The notes: a model not told the origin generated them from the letters alone. A stretch of DNA of 40,754 bases from an uncultured Ectothiorhodospiraceae bacterium (GCA_964614545.1 CAZTPE010000001.1:1-40754), one strand, 5' to 3'; counted from the stretch's first letter, positions 26,975-37,330 are shown. Numbers and translations: made by a program.

Positions 26975-27367
26975 TTTTTTTACCACAAAGGGCGCGAAGG
27001 GATGCAAAGTGAATCGAGCAACGAATCACCAAAACCATAACTTATCCGTCATTCCCGACGAAGCGTAGCGTAGGTCCGGAATCGGAGTACTAGTGCGGCG
27101 GCGTTGTGCTGTGTTGCTGGATTCCGGCTTGCGCCGGAATGACAAACAAAGCATTTTTTATCTTTGCGTCCCATCGCGTCCTTTGCGGTTAAAACAAACC
27201 ACCCCGTAGGGCGGGCACTGCCCGCCAGCGAACCTGGACCATGCAACGGTGGGCGGTGCCCACCCTACAAAGTGTGATTGGCTGGGTATTCGCCACGGAG
27301 GTCACAGAGCGAATAAGTTTGTTATTGGTTTTTCTCCGTGCACCTCTGTGTCCTCTGTGGTGAAAAA
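26975..27367. repeat. Nested composite of REP/MITE-like units filling the pgeF-ZIP spacer
   Basis: In order: CCACAAAGGGCGCGAAGGGATGCAAAG unit (26981-27012); GTCATTCC...GGAATGAC element (27048-27143, copy 3); inverted partner of the first unit (27160-27192, about 25/32 matches by eye); CGTAGGGCGGGCACTGCCCGCC / GGTGGGCGGTGCCCACCCTAC pair (27206-27268); CGCCACGGAGGTCACAGAG / CTCTGTGTCCTCTGTGGTG inverted pair (27290-27363). Confidence 0.65.
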
Positions 27368-27475
27368 TTTTGCCCGGCGTGCTCCATCTCCGCTGGTCGC
27401 TGGGCAAATAGCATCGTAGTCGCCGCTTCCATTGGTTAAACTGTCGCACCACAAATTGCAGGTATCCCACATTTC

Positions 27476-28264
27476 ATGAGTCTTCTCACCTGGATCATCA
27501 TCTTCAGCCTGCTGGGCGGCGTGCTCAGCGTGCTGGTGGCGGCCAGCTTCCTGTTGCTGCCGGCCTCGGTGCGCTCGCGGCTGGTGCCGCATCTGGTCAG
27601 CTTCGCCATCGGCTCGCTGCTGGGCGCGGCCTTCCTCGGCCTGTTGCCTCATGCCTTGATGTCGCCGGGGGTGGTGGATTTTCATCCGATATTCCTCGCC
27701 GTGTTGTTGGGCCTGCTGACGTTCTTTGTGCTGGAAAAGCTGGTGCTGTGGCGCCACTGTCACTCTGATCACTGCGAGGCCCATTCCCTCGCCGGGCATG
27801 ATCATGGCCACGGCAAGGCCGCCTCTGGCTGGATGATCCTGATCGGCGACGGCCTGCACAATTTCGTCGATGGTGTGCTCATCGCCGCCGCCTTTCTTAC
27901 CGATATCCACCTCGGCATCGTTACCGCGCTGGCTATTGCCGCGCACGAGATCCCGCAGGAAGTGGGTGACTTCGTGGTGCTGCTGCACAGTGGCTTCTCA
28001 CGCACCAAGGCGCTGCTGTTTAACGTGTTGTCCAGCCTCACTACCATCGTCGGTGCGCTGTTGGCTTACTGGAGTCTGGGCGATATGCAGGGGGTGTTGC
28101 CCTACGTGCTGGCGGTGGCGGCCTCCAGTTTTATTTATATTGCTGTGGCCGATCTGATTCCCGGCCTGCACAAACGTGCCGAGGCCCGCGCTACCCTGGA
28201 GCAGGTCGCATTGATCGGCGCCGGTGTGCTGCTTATCTATATGACCCATTCAAGCCTTCATTGA
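27476..28264 (+). CDS. ZIP-family divalent metal (zinc) transporter
   Basis: 262 aa and about 8 TM segments. His-rich loop HCHSDHCEAHSLAGHDHGHG. ZIP signatures GLHNFVDGV and AAHEIPQEVGDF. Confidence 0.85.
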   Translation: MSLLTWIIIFSLLGGVLSVLVAASFLLLPASVRSRLVPHLVSFAIGSLLGAAFLGLLPHALMSPGVVDFHPIFLAVLLGLLTFFVLEKLVLWRHCHSDHCEAHSLAGHDHGHGKAASGWMILIGDGLHNFVDGVLIAAAFLTDIHLGIVTALAIAAHEIPQEVGDFVVLLHSGFSRTKALLFNVLSSLTTIVGALLAYWSLGDMQGVLPYVLAVAASSFIYIAVADLIPGLHKRAEARATLEQVALIGAGVLLIYMTHSSLH

Positions 28265-28287
28265 ACCCCCCACAGTAGGAGAGTCCC

Positions 28288-28812
28288 ATGAACGAACACT
28301 GGTACATGCTGACCCTGGTGGGGCGTGATCGTCCGGGCATTGTCGCCCGTGTCACCAGCGCCCTTTTCGATGGTGGCTGCCATTTGGGAGAGACCTCCAT
28401 GATGCGTCTCGGCGGCAACTTCACCATTATGATGATGGTGCGATTCGCCGGCACCGTCCACGCCCTCGAACAGCTGGTGGCGGGGGAGGCCGAGTCTCTC
28501 GGTCTGCGCCTGCACGTGGACCGTGTCGAGGGCGGGCTGCATGAGCATGTGGAGCCGGACGTGCGCATCACCGTTTATGGTGCCGACCGCGCCGGTATCG
28601 TCGCCCACGTTACCAGTGCCCTGGCAGAGGCCGGGCTGGACATCCTCGACCTTATTTCCGACGTGGGTGGTACTGAGCAGGCGCCCATCTATATCCTGCA
28701 CATCGAGGGCCGTGCCCTGGAGGGTATCCCGGCGCTGGCGTCGGCGCTGGATATCGTCAAGGGCGAAGGTGTGGATGTGCAGATCGTCCCCATTGAACTC
28801 ATGGTGGGTTGA
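28288..28812 (+). CDS. Tandem ACT-domain protein (GcvR-like, COG2716)
   Basis: 174 aa with two ACT-like repeats (LTLVGRDRPGIVARVTSALFDGGCHL and ITVYGADRAGIVAHVTSALAEAGLDI). Confidence 0.7.
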   Translation: MNEHWYMLTLVGRDRPGIVARVTSALFDGGCHLGETSMMRLGGNFTIMMMVRFAGTVHALEQLVAGEAESLGLRLHVDRVEGGLHEHVEPDVRITVYGADRAGIVAHVTSALAEAGLDILDLISDVGGTEQAPIYILHIEGRALEGIPALASALDIVKGEGVDVQIVPIELMVG

Positions 28813-28815
28813 GCG

Positions 28816-29340
28816 GTGCCTCTGGACATCCTCAAATACCCGGACGAGCGCCTGAAACAGGCGTCGCAGCCGGTGGCGACCTTCGATGACGCACTGCGCG
28901 CCTTTGTCGCCGACCTCGAAGAGACCATGCGCGCCGGGCCCGGTGGCGTCGGCATCGCCGCGCCGCAGGTGGGGCGCTTCGAACGCATCGTCATTGTCGA
29001 CATCTCCGCCATGCGCAAGCTGCCCGTCGGTTCCTCCAGCTCTGGTCGTATGCTGCTTATCAACCCGGAGATCACCGAGTGGGAAGGCATGGTCATGGGG
29101 CGCGAGGGCTGCATGTCGGTGCCGGATTACACCGGCAACGTGATCCGGGCTGAGAGCATCCGTTTCACCGCCTGTGATGAATTTGGCCAACAGCACGAAT
29201 ACGCCTGCGAGGGCTTCGAGGCCCGCGCCGTCCAACATGAAGTGGATCACCTCGACGGCCTGCTGTTCCTCGACCGTCTGGTGAGCCGCCGCAGCGACCT
29301 GTTCCAGCGCAAGGTCTACAAGAAGAAGGACGAAAAATGA
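28816..29340 (+). CDS. def: Peptide deformylase
   Basis: GTG start 3 nt after the upstream stop. All three motifs are present: [26 protein letters not shown]. Confidence 0.9.
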   Translation: MPLDILKYPDERLKQASQPVATFDDALRAFVADLEETMRAGPGGVGIAAPQVGRFERIVIVDISAMRKLPVGSSSSGRMLLINPEITEWEGMVMGREGCMSVPDYTGNVIRAESIRFTACDEFGQQHEYACEGFEARAVQHEVDHLDGLLFLDRLVSRRSDLFQRKVYKKKDEK

Positions 29341-29807
29341 GAATCGGTCACGGCTATGACGTACACCGCTTCGGCGAGGGCGACCACTTGATGTTATGTG
29401 GGGTGCGTATCCCCTTTGGGCAGGGCTTTGTCGCTCACTCCGACGGCGATGTGGCCATCCATGCCCTCTGCGATGCCCTGCTGGGCGCGGCCGGGCTGGG
29501 TGATATCGGCCATCATTTTCCCGATACCAGCGCCGAATTCGAGAATATCGACAGCCGTATCCTGCTGCGCCGGGTGATTGTGCGACTGGCAGAACAGGGC
29601 TGCGCCATCGGTAACGTCGATCTCACCATCATTGCCCAGGCACCGAAAATGGCCCCACATATCGATGCCATGCGCGCCAACCTCGCCGCCGATCTCGGCG
29701 TGGGTGCCGGCCAAGTCAACGTCAAGGCCACCACCACTGAAGGGTTGGGCTTCTGCGGCCGTGGCGAGGGTATCGCCGTGCAAGCTGTGTGTCTCTTGAC
29801 CTCGTAG
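29337..29807 (+). CDS. ispF: 2-C-methyl-D-erythritol 2,4-cyclodiphosphate synthase
   Basis: 156 aa, [12 protein letters not shown]...[18 protein letters not shown]...; the ATG overlaps the def stop (ATGA at 29337-29340). Confidence 0.95.
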   Translation: MRIGHGYDVHRFGEGDHLMLCGVRIPFGQGFVAHSDGDVAIHALCDALLGAAGLGDIGHHFPDTSAEFENIDSRILLRRVIVRLAEQGCAIGNVDLTIIAQAPKMAPHIDAMRANLAADLGVGAGQVNVKATTTEGLGFCGRGEGIAVQAVCLLTS

Positions 29808-29963
29808 GAGCGGGCCATGCCCGCGAAAAATTCCAATATACCGCCAAGGGCGCGAAGAAACGCCAAGGTCAAACGGCGGGCATTTAAAATACAAGAAAAT
29901 TGTGGGAGCGGCTTTAGCCGCGAATGCAGGTGGATTTCCTTCGCGGCTGAAGCCGCTCCCACA
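29804..29963. repeat. REP units GTAGGAGCGGGCCATGCCCGCGA and inverted pair TGTGGGAGCGGCTTTAGCCGCGAA / TTCGCGGCTGAAGCCGCTCCCACA
   Basis: The first hairpin (29804-29826) overlaps the ispF stop codon. The inverted pair lies at 29901-29924 and 29940-29963. A CCGCCAAGGGCGCGAAG unit between them resembles 26983-27000. From memory, the GTGGGAGCGGC...GCCGC type resembles Pseudomonas-style REPs. Confidence 0.65.
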
Positions 29964-30047
29964 GGTGACCAAAAATCACGGGCATGGCCTGCTTCACCGT
30001 TTTGATTTCATCCACCCTCGAGTATCAACGATAAATAAGGACCTCCT

Positions 30048-31100
30048 TTGGACAACGCCTCTTCCTCACTTCCCACAAGCCTCCCCGACTGGCCCCGCGC
30101 CCTGGGTACCCCCGAGGCCAGCGCCCAAGTGCGCGCCTGCCCTGAGGACTTCCGTGTCGATGAGCAGCGCGATGGCGAGCCGGATGGCGAGGGTGAGCAC
30201 CTGCTGTTGCACATCCGCAAGCGCAACCGCAACACCGACGAGGTGGCTCGCGCCCTGGCACGCTGTGCCAGGGTACGAGCGCGCGATGTGAGCTATTGCG
30301 GTTTGAAGGACCGTGTGGCGGTGACGACGCAATGGTTCAGCGTCTGGCTGCCGGGCAAGTCGGATCCGGACTGGTCGCCCATCCTCGGTGAGGATCTTGA
30401 GCTACTGAGTCAGGTGCGTACCCGCCGCAAGCTGCAGCGCGGCGGTCTGCGTGGGAATCAATTTACCCTGGTGCTGCGCGAGGTGCAGGGTGATCGGGCG
30501 GCGTTGGAGGAACGGCTGGCTACGGTGGTCGAACACGGCGTGCCTAACTATTTCGGTGAACAGCGCTTTGGCCGCGAGGGCAGCAATCTTGCCGCTGCCG
30601 AGGCCATGTTTGGTGGGCGGCGGGTGAAGGATCGTCACCGCCGCGGGTTGTATCTCTCCGCTGCCCGTTCACTGCTGTTCAACGAGGTGCTGGCAGCGCG
30701 GGTACGCGATGTCAGCTGGGGCCGGGCATTGCCGGGCGAGGCCTTGCAGCTGGCCGGCAGCCGCAGTTTTTTTGTCGCGGAAGACATCGATGACGAGATT
30801 GCCGCCCGCCTGGCGAGCGGCGATGTGCTACCCAGCGGGCCGCTGTGGGGCAGGGGTGAGTTGCCGTCAGTAGCTGCCGCGCGGGTGGCGGAAGAGGCGG
30901 TCTTGGCCACGCATGGTGATTTCCGTGAGGGGCTGGAAAAGGCAGGCCTGAAACAGGAACGCCGCGCCCTGCGCTTGCCGGTGGCTGATTTAGGGTGGCA
31001 ATGGCTGGACGGCGGGCAGGATCTGCAGCTGACTTTCAGTCTGCCCGCAGGCTGCTATGCCACGGCGGTGCTACGGGAACTGGTGACATCCAGAACATAG
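30048..31100 (+). CDS. truD: tRNA pseudouridine(13) synthase TruD
   Basis: 350 aa and TTG start, the only ATG/GTG/TTG at the head of this ORF. Close to E. coli TruD by eye (PEDFRVDE, GEGEHLLLHIRK, YCGLKDRVAVTTQWFS, FTLVLREV, VPNYFGEQRFG, LPAGCYATAVLREL). Confidence 0.9.
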   Translation: MDNASSSLPTSLPDWPRALGTPEASAQVRACPEDFRVDEQRDGEPDGEGEHLLLHIRKRNRNTDEVARALARCARVRARDVSYCGLKDRVAVTTQWFSVWLPGKSDPDWSPILGEDLELLSQVRTRRKLQRGGLRGNQFTLVLREVQGDRAALEERLATVVEHGVPNYFGEQRFGREGSNLAAAEAMFGGRRVKDRHRRGLYLSAARSLLFNEVLAARVRDVSWGRALPGEALQLAGSRSFFVAEDIDDEIAARLASGDVLPSGPLWGRGELPSVAAARVAEEAVLATHGDFREGLEKAGLKQERRALRLPVADLGWQWLDGGQDLQLTFSLPAGCYATAVLRELVTSRT

Positions 31101-31127
31101 GGGCGGATGGAGCCCGTAGGGCAGTCG

Positions 31128-32810
31128 TCAGACCTTGAATTGCCTCACGATGCTTTGCAGCTCCGTGGCCATGTGCGCCAGGTCCTGACTGGCGATGGCA
31201 GTGTGTTCCGCGCCGCTGGCGGTCTCTCCGGCGATGTCGTTGATCTGCACGATGTTGCGGTTGATCTCTTCCGCAACACAGCTCTGCTCCTCTGCTGCGC
31301 TGGCGATCTGGCCATTCATGTCGTTGATATGCGCTACGGCGTCGCGGATTTCGGTGAAGGTGGCATCCGCCGCAGTCGCCTGGGTAACCACCGATTGAAC
31401 CTGCTCCCGGCTCTCTGTCATTACCTGCACGGCTGCCTGGGAGACCGCCTGGAGATTGTTGATCATCTGGTTGATCTCTTCCGTGGACTGCTGGGTGCGG
31501 CTGGCCAGGGTGCGCACCTCGTCGGCCACGACGGCGAAGCCGCGGCCCTGTTCGCCGGCACGGGCGGCCTCGATGGCGGCGTTCAGCGCCAGCAGGTTGG
31601 TCTGCTCGGCGACGCCCTTGATGACGTCGAGGACACCGCTGATCTCTCCGCTGTGCTGCTCCAGTTGTTGCACGGTCTCTGCGCCATGCTCGATGCGTGA
31701 GGCCAGTTGCTGGATGTCCTGGATGGTTCCTTCGATGATCTGCCGGCCGTTATCCGTATCCCGATAGGTCGTCTCGGCCGCCTCGGCGGACAGGGTGATG
31801 TTGTTGGCGACCTCCTGCACGGTGGCGGTCATTTCGTTCATGGCCGTGGCCACCTGCTCCGTCTCGGACTGCTGCTGCTGGATGCCCTCGCGTGTTTGGA
31901 CGGTGACGATGGACATCTCTTCCGCCGCGGCGGAGAGCTGTTCCGTGGTCTCGCTGATGTGACCAATCATCTCCAGCAGGCGTGAGTGCATCTCCTGGGC
32001 GGAGGCCTTCAGTGAGCCGATTTCGTCACGCCCGTCGCGGCCGTGGGCTTGTCGGCGCAGGTCGCCGCTGGCAATAGCCTTCAGCCCTTTACTCACCTGT
32101 GACAAGCGCCGGGTGATGTTGCCTGTGATCAGCCAGCTCAGGGCAAACCCGGTCAGCAGTGCTACCAGGGTGATGGCAGCCAGGGTGCTGAGGGCGCTCT
32201 GTTCCTGCTGTTCGGCATGCAGGCTGGCTTGTGCGGTGAAGGCACTGATTGCGCTGAGCTGGGAGCGGAGCTCCTCGTCCAGCCGGTCTCCTTCTGTTTC
32301 TACACGTTTGATCATTGCCTCTGCTGCTGTGATGTTGCCCTCGCTGAGGTGGGCAAAAACCGTCTGCGCGTGCTGAGCATAATCCGCATGCTCACTCTCG
32401 ATATTTTTTAGTGCCGCATCCATACGGGCGAACTCTGCCTGCTCCTCTGCGCTAAGATCCTCCAGGGTTTCGACCAGATTCACACCTTCGCGTATTTCCG
32501 TTTCGATTTTCTGGTTAATCTCATTAAAACTGCGCATCTCCTCCTTGAAATGAACCAGATCTTGTTGCAATGCGCCACTGAAGCGCAGGGCCCGTTCGAG
32601 ATGAAGGGCCTGCTGTAACTGGTGTTCGGTGATGTTGGTGATCTTGGTCGTCAAGGGGATGTCGGCTTCAGTGATGGACTGGAGGCTGGCGCCGATCTGC
32701 GACATGGCGTAGATGCCATACAGGGAACTGCAGGCGAGCAGGATCAGGAGGATGCCTGCGTTGCCCATGATCTTCATCCTCACAGGGAGATTGCTGATGA
32801 AGGTATCCAT
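31128..32810 (-). CDS. Methyl-accepting chemotaxis protein (helical periplasmic sensor, HAMP, MA domain)
   Basis: 560 aa. N-terminal TM, about 170-aa helical ligand domain, second TM, HAMP, and the conserved signalling tip [35 protein letters not shown]. Ends in QFKV. Confidence 0.9.
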   Translation of the reverse strand: MDTFISNLPVRMKIMGNAGILLILLACSSLYGIYAMSQIGASLQSITEADIPLTTKITNITEHQLQQALHLERALRFSGALQQDLVHFKEEMRSFNEINQKIETEIREGVNLVETLEDLSAEEQAEFARMDAALKNIESEHADYAQHAQTVFAHLSEGNITAAEAMIKRVETEGDRLDEELRSQLSAISAFTAQASLHAEQQEQSALSTLAAITLVALLTGFALSWLITGNITRRLSQVSKGLKAIASGDLRRQAHGRDGRDEIGSLKASAQEMHSRLLEMIGHISETTEQLSAAAEEMSIVTVQTREGIQQQQSETEQVATAMNEMTATVQEVANNITLSAEAAETTYRDTDNGRQIIEGTIQDIQQLASRIEHGAETVQQLEQHSGEISGVLDVIKGVAEQTNLLALNAAIEAARAGEQGRGFAVVADEVRTLASRTQQSTEEINQMINNLQAVSQAAVQVMTESREQVQSVVTQATAADATFTEIRDAVAHINDMNGQIASAAEEQSCVAEEINRNIVQINDIAGETASGAEHTAIASQDLAHMATELQSIVRQFKV

Positions 32811-33049
32811 GTATTTTTACCTCATATTCGTATTTGTGTATTTGTTTATCGGATAGAGTGCTCCGAGCTTTAGCTTACGAAATGAGTAAGGATTGACGGC
32901 GGTTTTAGATATCATGAATTGACCAGCCCAACCCCAAGTGACAAGGATTGAGCAGAGGTTGGATACCCCGTGGTTCAGCAGGTGGCCCGGATTCTGCTGC
33001 GCTTCATCGGGCTACGGTGTTGCTGCGCGTTTGGTATCGACCCAAACGT

Positions 33050-33072
33050 AAAAGCGGCCCAGAAGGCCGCTT
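33050..33072 (-). terminator. Possible terminator hairpin after the upstream chemoreceptor gene
   Basis: On the minus strand, aagcggcc-ttct-gggccgctt followed by ttacgttt, 25 nt after the stop at 33097. The T-tract is weak. Confidence 0.45.
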
Positions 33073-33096
33073 GTGTAACTGGGTGTGCGGTGGCCA

Positions 33097-35178
33097 TCAG
33101 ACCTTGAACTTGGCTACCACCTGTTGCAGGTTGGTGGCCAGGTTGGCCAGTTCCTCACTGGTGCGCGTGGTCTGCTCGGCGCCTTGGGCTGACTTGTCGG
33201 CGACTTGGCTGATGGAGACCACGTTGCGGTTGATCTCCTCGGCTACCGCGCTCTGTTCCTCGGTGGCGTTGGCGATCTGTGTGTTCATGTCGTTGATACG
33301 TTCCACCTCGTCGGCGATGGTGCTGAGGGTGTCGCCGGCCTTGGCGGTCTGCTCGACGCCGGTCTGGGTCTGTTTGCGACTCTGCTCCATGAGCTGCACC
33401 GCTTCCTTTGAGCCGGCCTGCAGGGATTCGATCATCTGCTGGATCTCCTGCGTCGATTTCTGGGTGCGATTGGCCAGGGTGCGCACTTCATCCGCCACCA
33501 CGGCAAAGCCGCGGCCCTGCTCGCCGGCACGCGCGGCCTCGATGGCGGCGTTCAGTGCCAACAGATTGGTTTGCTCGGCGATACCGCGAATCACGTCCAA
33601 CACGGTACCGATGTGGTCGCTGTCGGCCTCCACGCGCTGAATGGCATCGCCGGCGCGGCCGATGGCCTCGGCGAGGGCGTTGATGGTATTGACGGCGTTG
33701 TTGACCACCTGACGCCCCTGACTGGATTCATTGTTTGCCTTCGTGGCGGCGTTGGCGGCCTCCAGGGCGTGGTGGGCGACCTCCTGCACGGTAGCGGCCA
33801 TTTCATTCATGGCGGTGGCCAGCTGATCGGTCTGTGACTGCTGCCCTTGTATGCCTTGGCTGGTTTGGGCGGTGATGGCCGACATTTCTTCGCCGGCGGC
33901 GGTCAGTTGCGCGGAAGAGGCGATGATGTGCCGCACGGTATCGCTGAATCCCTCGGCCATCTCGTTGAAGCTGCTGGCGATGTCGCCCATTTCGTCACGG
34001 CTGGCAATCTGCACCCGGGTTGTCAGGTCTCCTGCGGCCAGGTGCTGGGTGGCTTCGTGCATGTCTTGCACGCTGTCGTTGACGGAAAGATAGAGGCCGG
34101 CGAACAGATAGGCGGTGAGCAACAGTACGGTGATGGCGATGGCGATGGTGCTGATTTCTTTCGCGTGGCCGGCGGTGATGCGTTCGGCAAGCAGTGTGTC
34201 CAACTGGGGCGCGATGGCATCGAACAGGGCATAGGTCTTGGTGATGGCCTGGGTTGCCGTGGAGAACACGGCATCGCTGCTGATGGTGATGGGATCGGCA
34301 TCCAGCAGGTCCCGGCGCAGCAGGGTTGTCAGCTGGGTGATGGCCTCGTCGTTGGCCTTGACCTGGCTGCTCAGGGCCTTGCTGAGTTGCGGATTATAGC
34401 CGAAGGCAGCGGCCAGTCCCTTACGCAGGTTATTGTTGTAATTGTGGATGTTTTCTGTGAGGACCGCCAGCTGGGTATACGTGGCCTGGTTGAATGTATC
34501 GGCCGCGGCGGCGCTGGAGCCGAGTGCGCGTGCCAGCCCCATGTTTTCGGTCAGGCTAGGCAGACGGTGTGCCAGGGTGTTGCCCAGATAATAGCTGTCC
34601 AAGGTGGGATTCAGGGTGATTTCAGAGGTGTCGGCCACGTGGCTCATGAGGTCGATGAGTCTGGCGACGAGGGCATTATGGGCCTTGAGACTGTCCGCCG
34701 ATGTGGCATTGAGGGAATTGTCCTTGATGGTCTCCCACTGGCTGAGGATCTCCTGCAACCTGCCAGCGGTTGCCAATGCGCCGCCCAGTTCCTCGTCGGT
34801 GGCCTGCAGGCTGGCCAGGTGCTGGTCGACGTCATGACGTTTTTGCAGGATGCGATCACGAAAGCCCTGATTGCCGTTGAGGTAGGCGCTGGTCATGCCG
34901 CGGTGTTGCTGGATGTGTTCGATGGGCAGCCTTGTAATCTTGAGATAGGCCAAGCCCCGTTGCCCGTTTTGTAGGGAGCCGATTTCGCTGTCAATGCTGG
35001 CCACCAGCATGGCGCTGAGGACCATCATCGGGATCAGTATCACGCCAAAAATGAGCCCGAATTTAAGCGGGTAGCGAAAGCGATCCATGACTAGGGTGGC
35101 GGGGCGAAACAGGCTTCTCATTATAATTTTTCCATAATACTCGGGTAAAACTCCGTTTACTTTCCGCCTCATCGGCAT
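33097..35178 (-). CDS. Methyl-accepting chemotaxis protein with a large NIT-like periplasmic sensor
   Basis: 693-aa maximal ORF (alternative starts ATG 35172 and ATG 35121, the latter giving [15 protein letters not shown]). TM, about 300-aa helical sensor containing [36 protein letters not shown], second TM, HAMP, and the same signalling tip as its neighbour. Ends in KFKV. Confidence 0.85.
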   Translation of the reverse strand: MPMRRKVNGVLPEYYGKIIMRSLFRPATLVMDRFRYPLKFGLIFGVILIPMMVLSAMLVASIDSEIGSLQNGQRGLAYLKITRLPIEHIQQHRGMTSAYLNGNQGFRDRILQKRHDVDQHLASLQATDEELGGALATAGRLQEILSQWETIKDNSLNATSADSLKAHNALVARLIDLMSHVADTSEITLNPTLDSYYLGNTLAHRLPSLTENMGLARALGSSAAAADTFNQATYTQLAVLTENIHNYNNNLRKGLAAAFGYNPQLSKALSSQVKANDEAITQLTTLLRRDLLDADPITISSDAVFSTATQAITKTYALFDAIAPQLDTLLAERITAGHAKEISTIAIAITVLLLTAYLFAGLYLSVNDSVQDMHEATQHLAAGDLTTRVQIASRDEMGDIASSFNEMAEGFSDTVRHIIASSAQLTAAGEEMSAITAQTSQGIQGQQSQTDQLATAMNEMAATVQEVAHHALEAANAATKANNESSQGRQVVNNAVNTINALAEAIGRAGDAIQRVEADSDHIGTVLDVIRGIAEQTNLLALNAAIEAARAGEQGRGFAVVADEVRTLANRTQKSTQEIQQMIESLQAGSKEAVQLMEQSRKQTQTGVEQTAKAGDTLSTIADEVERINDMNTQIANATEEQSAVAEEINRNVVSISQVADKSAQGAEQTTRTSEELANLATNLQQVVAKFKV

Positions 35179-35270
35179 CCTGATGTCGATTCTTTAGGGA
35201 AAAATAGGGTACTGCCTGTTGGGGGGAGGGGCGGTGGGGGAGGCCACCAAAGGGCCTTGGCGTGAGCATG

Positions 35271-35831
35271 TCAGGGGCGCTTCAGTAACACGTAGAGGGC
35301 ACCCATGCCGCCGTCGCGGGGACGGGTGGAGCTGAAGGCGAGAACCGTGGGCGTGTCGCGCAACCATTGGTTGACCTGGGTTTTGAGTGCCGGGCGCCCC
35401 TCGGCAGAACGGTAGCCCTTGCCGTGGATGATGCATACGCAGCGCAGGCCGGCACCCTGGGCGTCGGTCAGGAAGGCGGTGAGCCGGGTGCCGGCCTCGG
35501 CGATGGTGTAGCCGTGCAGGTCGAGACGGGCCTCGGGGCGCAGTTCGCCCCTCTTGAGTTGACGCAGCAGGCGCTGCTGCAGGCCGCTGCGGGCGAAAAA
35601 CAGCGCTTCTTCGGGATTGATGTCGGAGGCATGTTCACGCTCGACGAAGCCCGGGCTGGCGGGGGCGGACGGGTTGTTGTGGCGGGGGCGCGGTGCCGGG
35701 CGTGCTTTGGCGGGCGTGATACGCGACTCTGCCGCCAGTGGTTTCACGTCCGACATCAGGTGCCTGAACAGGTCTTCATCATCCCCGGTGGTTTTTTTCT
35801 TTGTCATAGTTGTGTTTGTGAGGGAAGTCAT
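35271..35831 (-). CDS. smrA: Smr-domain protein (SmrA/YdaL-like DNA endonuclease)
   Basis: 186 aa. C-terminal Smr domain RLDLHGYTIAEAGTRLTAFL...CVCIIHGKG...LKTQVNQWL...GGMGALYVLLK. The length matches E. coli SmrA. Confidence 0.8.
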   Translation of the reverse strand: MTSLTNTTMTKKKTTGDDEDLFRHLMSDVKPLAAESRITPAKARPAPRPRHNNPSAPASPGFVEREHASDINPEEALFFARSGLQQRLLRQLKRGELRPEARLDLHGYTIAEAGTRLTAFLTDAQGAGLRCVCIIHGKGYRSAEGRPALKTQVNQWLRDTPTVLAFSSTRPRDGGMGALYVLLKRP

Positions 35832-35905
35832 GGTGGAAGATGTGGATATAGGGGGCTTCTATTTATTAGTCCAGAATAAATAGAAGTCCCCTATAATACC
35901 CGCCC

Positions 35906-36652
35906 ATGAGAATTCTGCTGAGTAATGATGACGGCTATCAGGCGCCGGGCCTGCGCTGCCTGGCCGCCGCCCTGGCGCCGATGGGTGAGGTCCGCGTGGT
36001 CGCCCCGGACCGCAACCGCAGTGCGGCGAGCAATTCCCTGACCCTGGAGAATCCCATCCGCGCCTGGCATGAGGAGGACGGTGTGGTGCGCGTGGACGGC
36101 ACGCCTACCGACTGCGTGCACCTGGCCATCACCGGGCTGCTGGACGAGGAACCGGATATGGTCATCGCCGGTATCAACGCCGGCTCCAACATGGGTGACG
36201 ATGTGATCTATTCCGGCACCGTGGCGGCGGCCATGGAGGGGCGTTTTCTCGGCCTGCCGGCCATCGCCGTGTCGCTGGTGGGTGAGGGATTGCGCCACTA
36301 CGACAGTGCCGCGCAGGCGGTGGTGCAACTGCTGGAACTGCTGAAGAATGATCCGTTGCCGGCGGATACTATCCTCAACGTCAACGTGCCTGACGTACCC
36401 TGGGAGGCCATCGAGGGTTTCGAGGCCACCCGGCTTGGGCGGCGCCACAAGTCCGAGCCGGTGGTGAAAATGCAGGATCCGCGCGGCCGCGACATCTACT
36501 GGGTGGGGCCGGTGGGCGCCGAGCAGGACGCCGGCCCCGGCACCGATTTTTTCGCTGTGCGCAACAACCGCGTCTCGCTGACGCCACTGCATGTGGACCT
36601 CACGCGCTATCGCGCCCTCGATCAGGTGGCCAGCTGGTTGGAGGGCCTGTGA
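35906..36652 (+). CDS. surE: 5'/3'-nucleotidase SurE
   Basis: [16 protein letters not shown]..., [36 protein letters not shown]. 248 aa. Confidence 0.95.
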   Translation: MRILLSNDDGYQAPGLRCLAAALAPMGEVRVVAPDRNRSAASNSLTLENPIRAWHEEDGVVRVDGTPTDCVHLAITGLLDEEPDMVIAGINAGSNMGDDVIYSGTVAAAMEGRFLGLPAIAVSLVGEGLRHYDSAAQAVVQLLELLKNDPLPADTILNVNVPDVPWEAIEGFEATRLGRRHKSEPVVKMQDPRGRDIYWVGPVGAEQDAGPGTDFFAVRNNRVSLTPLHVDLTRYRALDQVASWLEGL

Positions 36653-37308
36653 GTCAGAATCGCAGCGGTATCGGCATGACTTCCCAGCGCACCCGCGACC
36701 GCCTGGTGCGGCGTCTGGCGGATGAAGGGATCAAGAATCAGCAAGTGTTGGACGTGATCCGCAACACGCCCCGCCACCTGTTCGTCGACGAGGCCCTGGC
36801 CAGCCGGTCCTACGAAGACACCGCGCTGCCCATCGGCTTCGGCCAGACCATCTCCCAGCCCTACATCGTGGCGCGCATGACCGAGGCCCTGCTGGATGGC
36901 GGCGCGCTGAATAAGGTGCTGGAGGTGGGCACCGGTTCCGGCTATCAGGCGGCCATTCTCTCGCCGCTGGTGGGCGAGGTGTACACTGTGGAGCGCATCC
37001 GCCCGCTACTGGATCAGGCGCGTCAGCGTTTCTTCGACCTCAGGCTCAACAACATCCGCTGCAAATACAGCGACGGCAGCTGGGGCTGGCCGGAGGCCGG
37101 GGCGTTCGACGGCATTATCGCCACCGCCGCGCCGGAACAGGTGCCGGATGCGCTGCTGCAGCAACTGGCGCCCGGCGGGCGGCTGGTGGTGCCGGTGGGG
37201 GCGCGCGGTGTGCAGACGCTGATCCTGATTACCCGTACCGCCGACGGCTTTGAGCAGCAGGTACTGGATCGGGTGAGTTTCGTGCCGATGTTGAGTGGTA
37301 CGCAGTAG
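36649..37308 (+). CDS. pcm: Protein-L-isoaspartate O-methyltransferase
   Basis: 219 aa. [14 protein letters not shown] and the SAM motif [13 protein letters not shown]. 4-nt overlap with surE. Confidence 0.95.
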   Translation: MSQNRSGIGMTSQRTRDRLVRRLADEGIKNQQVLDVIRNTPRHLFVDEALASRSYEDTALPIGFGQTISQPYIVARMTEALLDGGALNKVLEVGTGSGYQAAILSPLVGEVYTVERIRPLLDQARQRFFDLRLNNIRCKYSDGSWGWPEAGAFDGIIATAAPEQVPDALLQQLAPGGRLVVPVGARGVQTLILITRTADGFEQQVLDRVSFVPMLSGTQ

Positions 37309-37330
37309 TCGATTTCAATGGACCTTTTCG

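Noticed and set aside
26975-27367. Repeat-dense spacers (also 23880-24330, 29804-29963, 37331-37622) checked as possible CRISPR arrays.
   Set aside because: The units are palindromic, belong to several unrelated families, occur in inverted orientation and lack regular repeat-spacer periodicity. No cas genes are present.
31491-31640. High nucleotide similarity between the two MCP genes (31491-31640 versus 33460-33609), possibly evidence of very recent duplication or gene conversion.
   Set aside because: The similar stretch encodes the universally conserved MCP hairpin tip ([35 protein letters not shown]). With strong GC3 bias, such nucleotide similarity is expected. The flanking regions diverge substantially.
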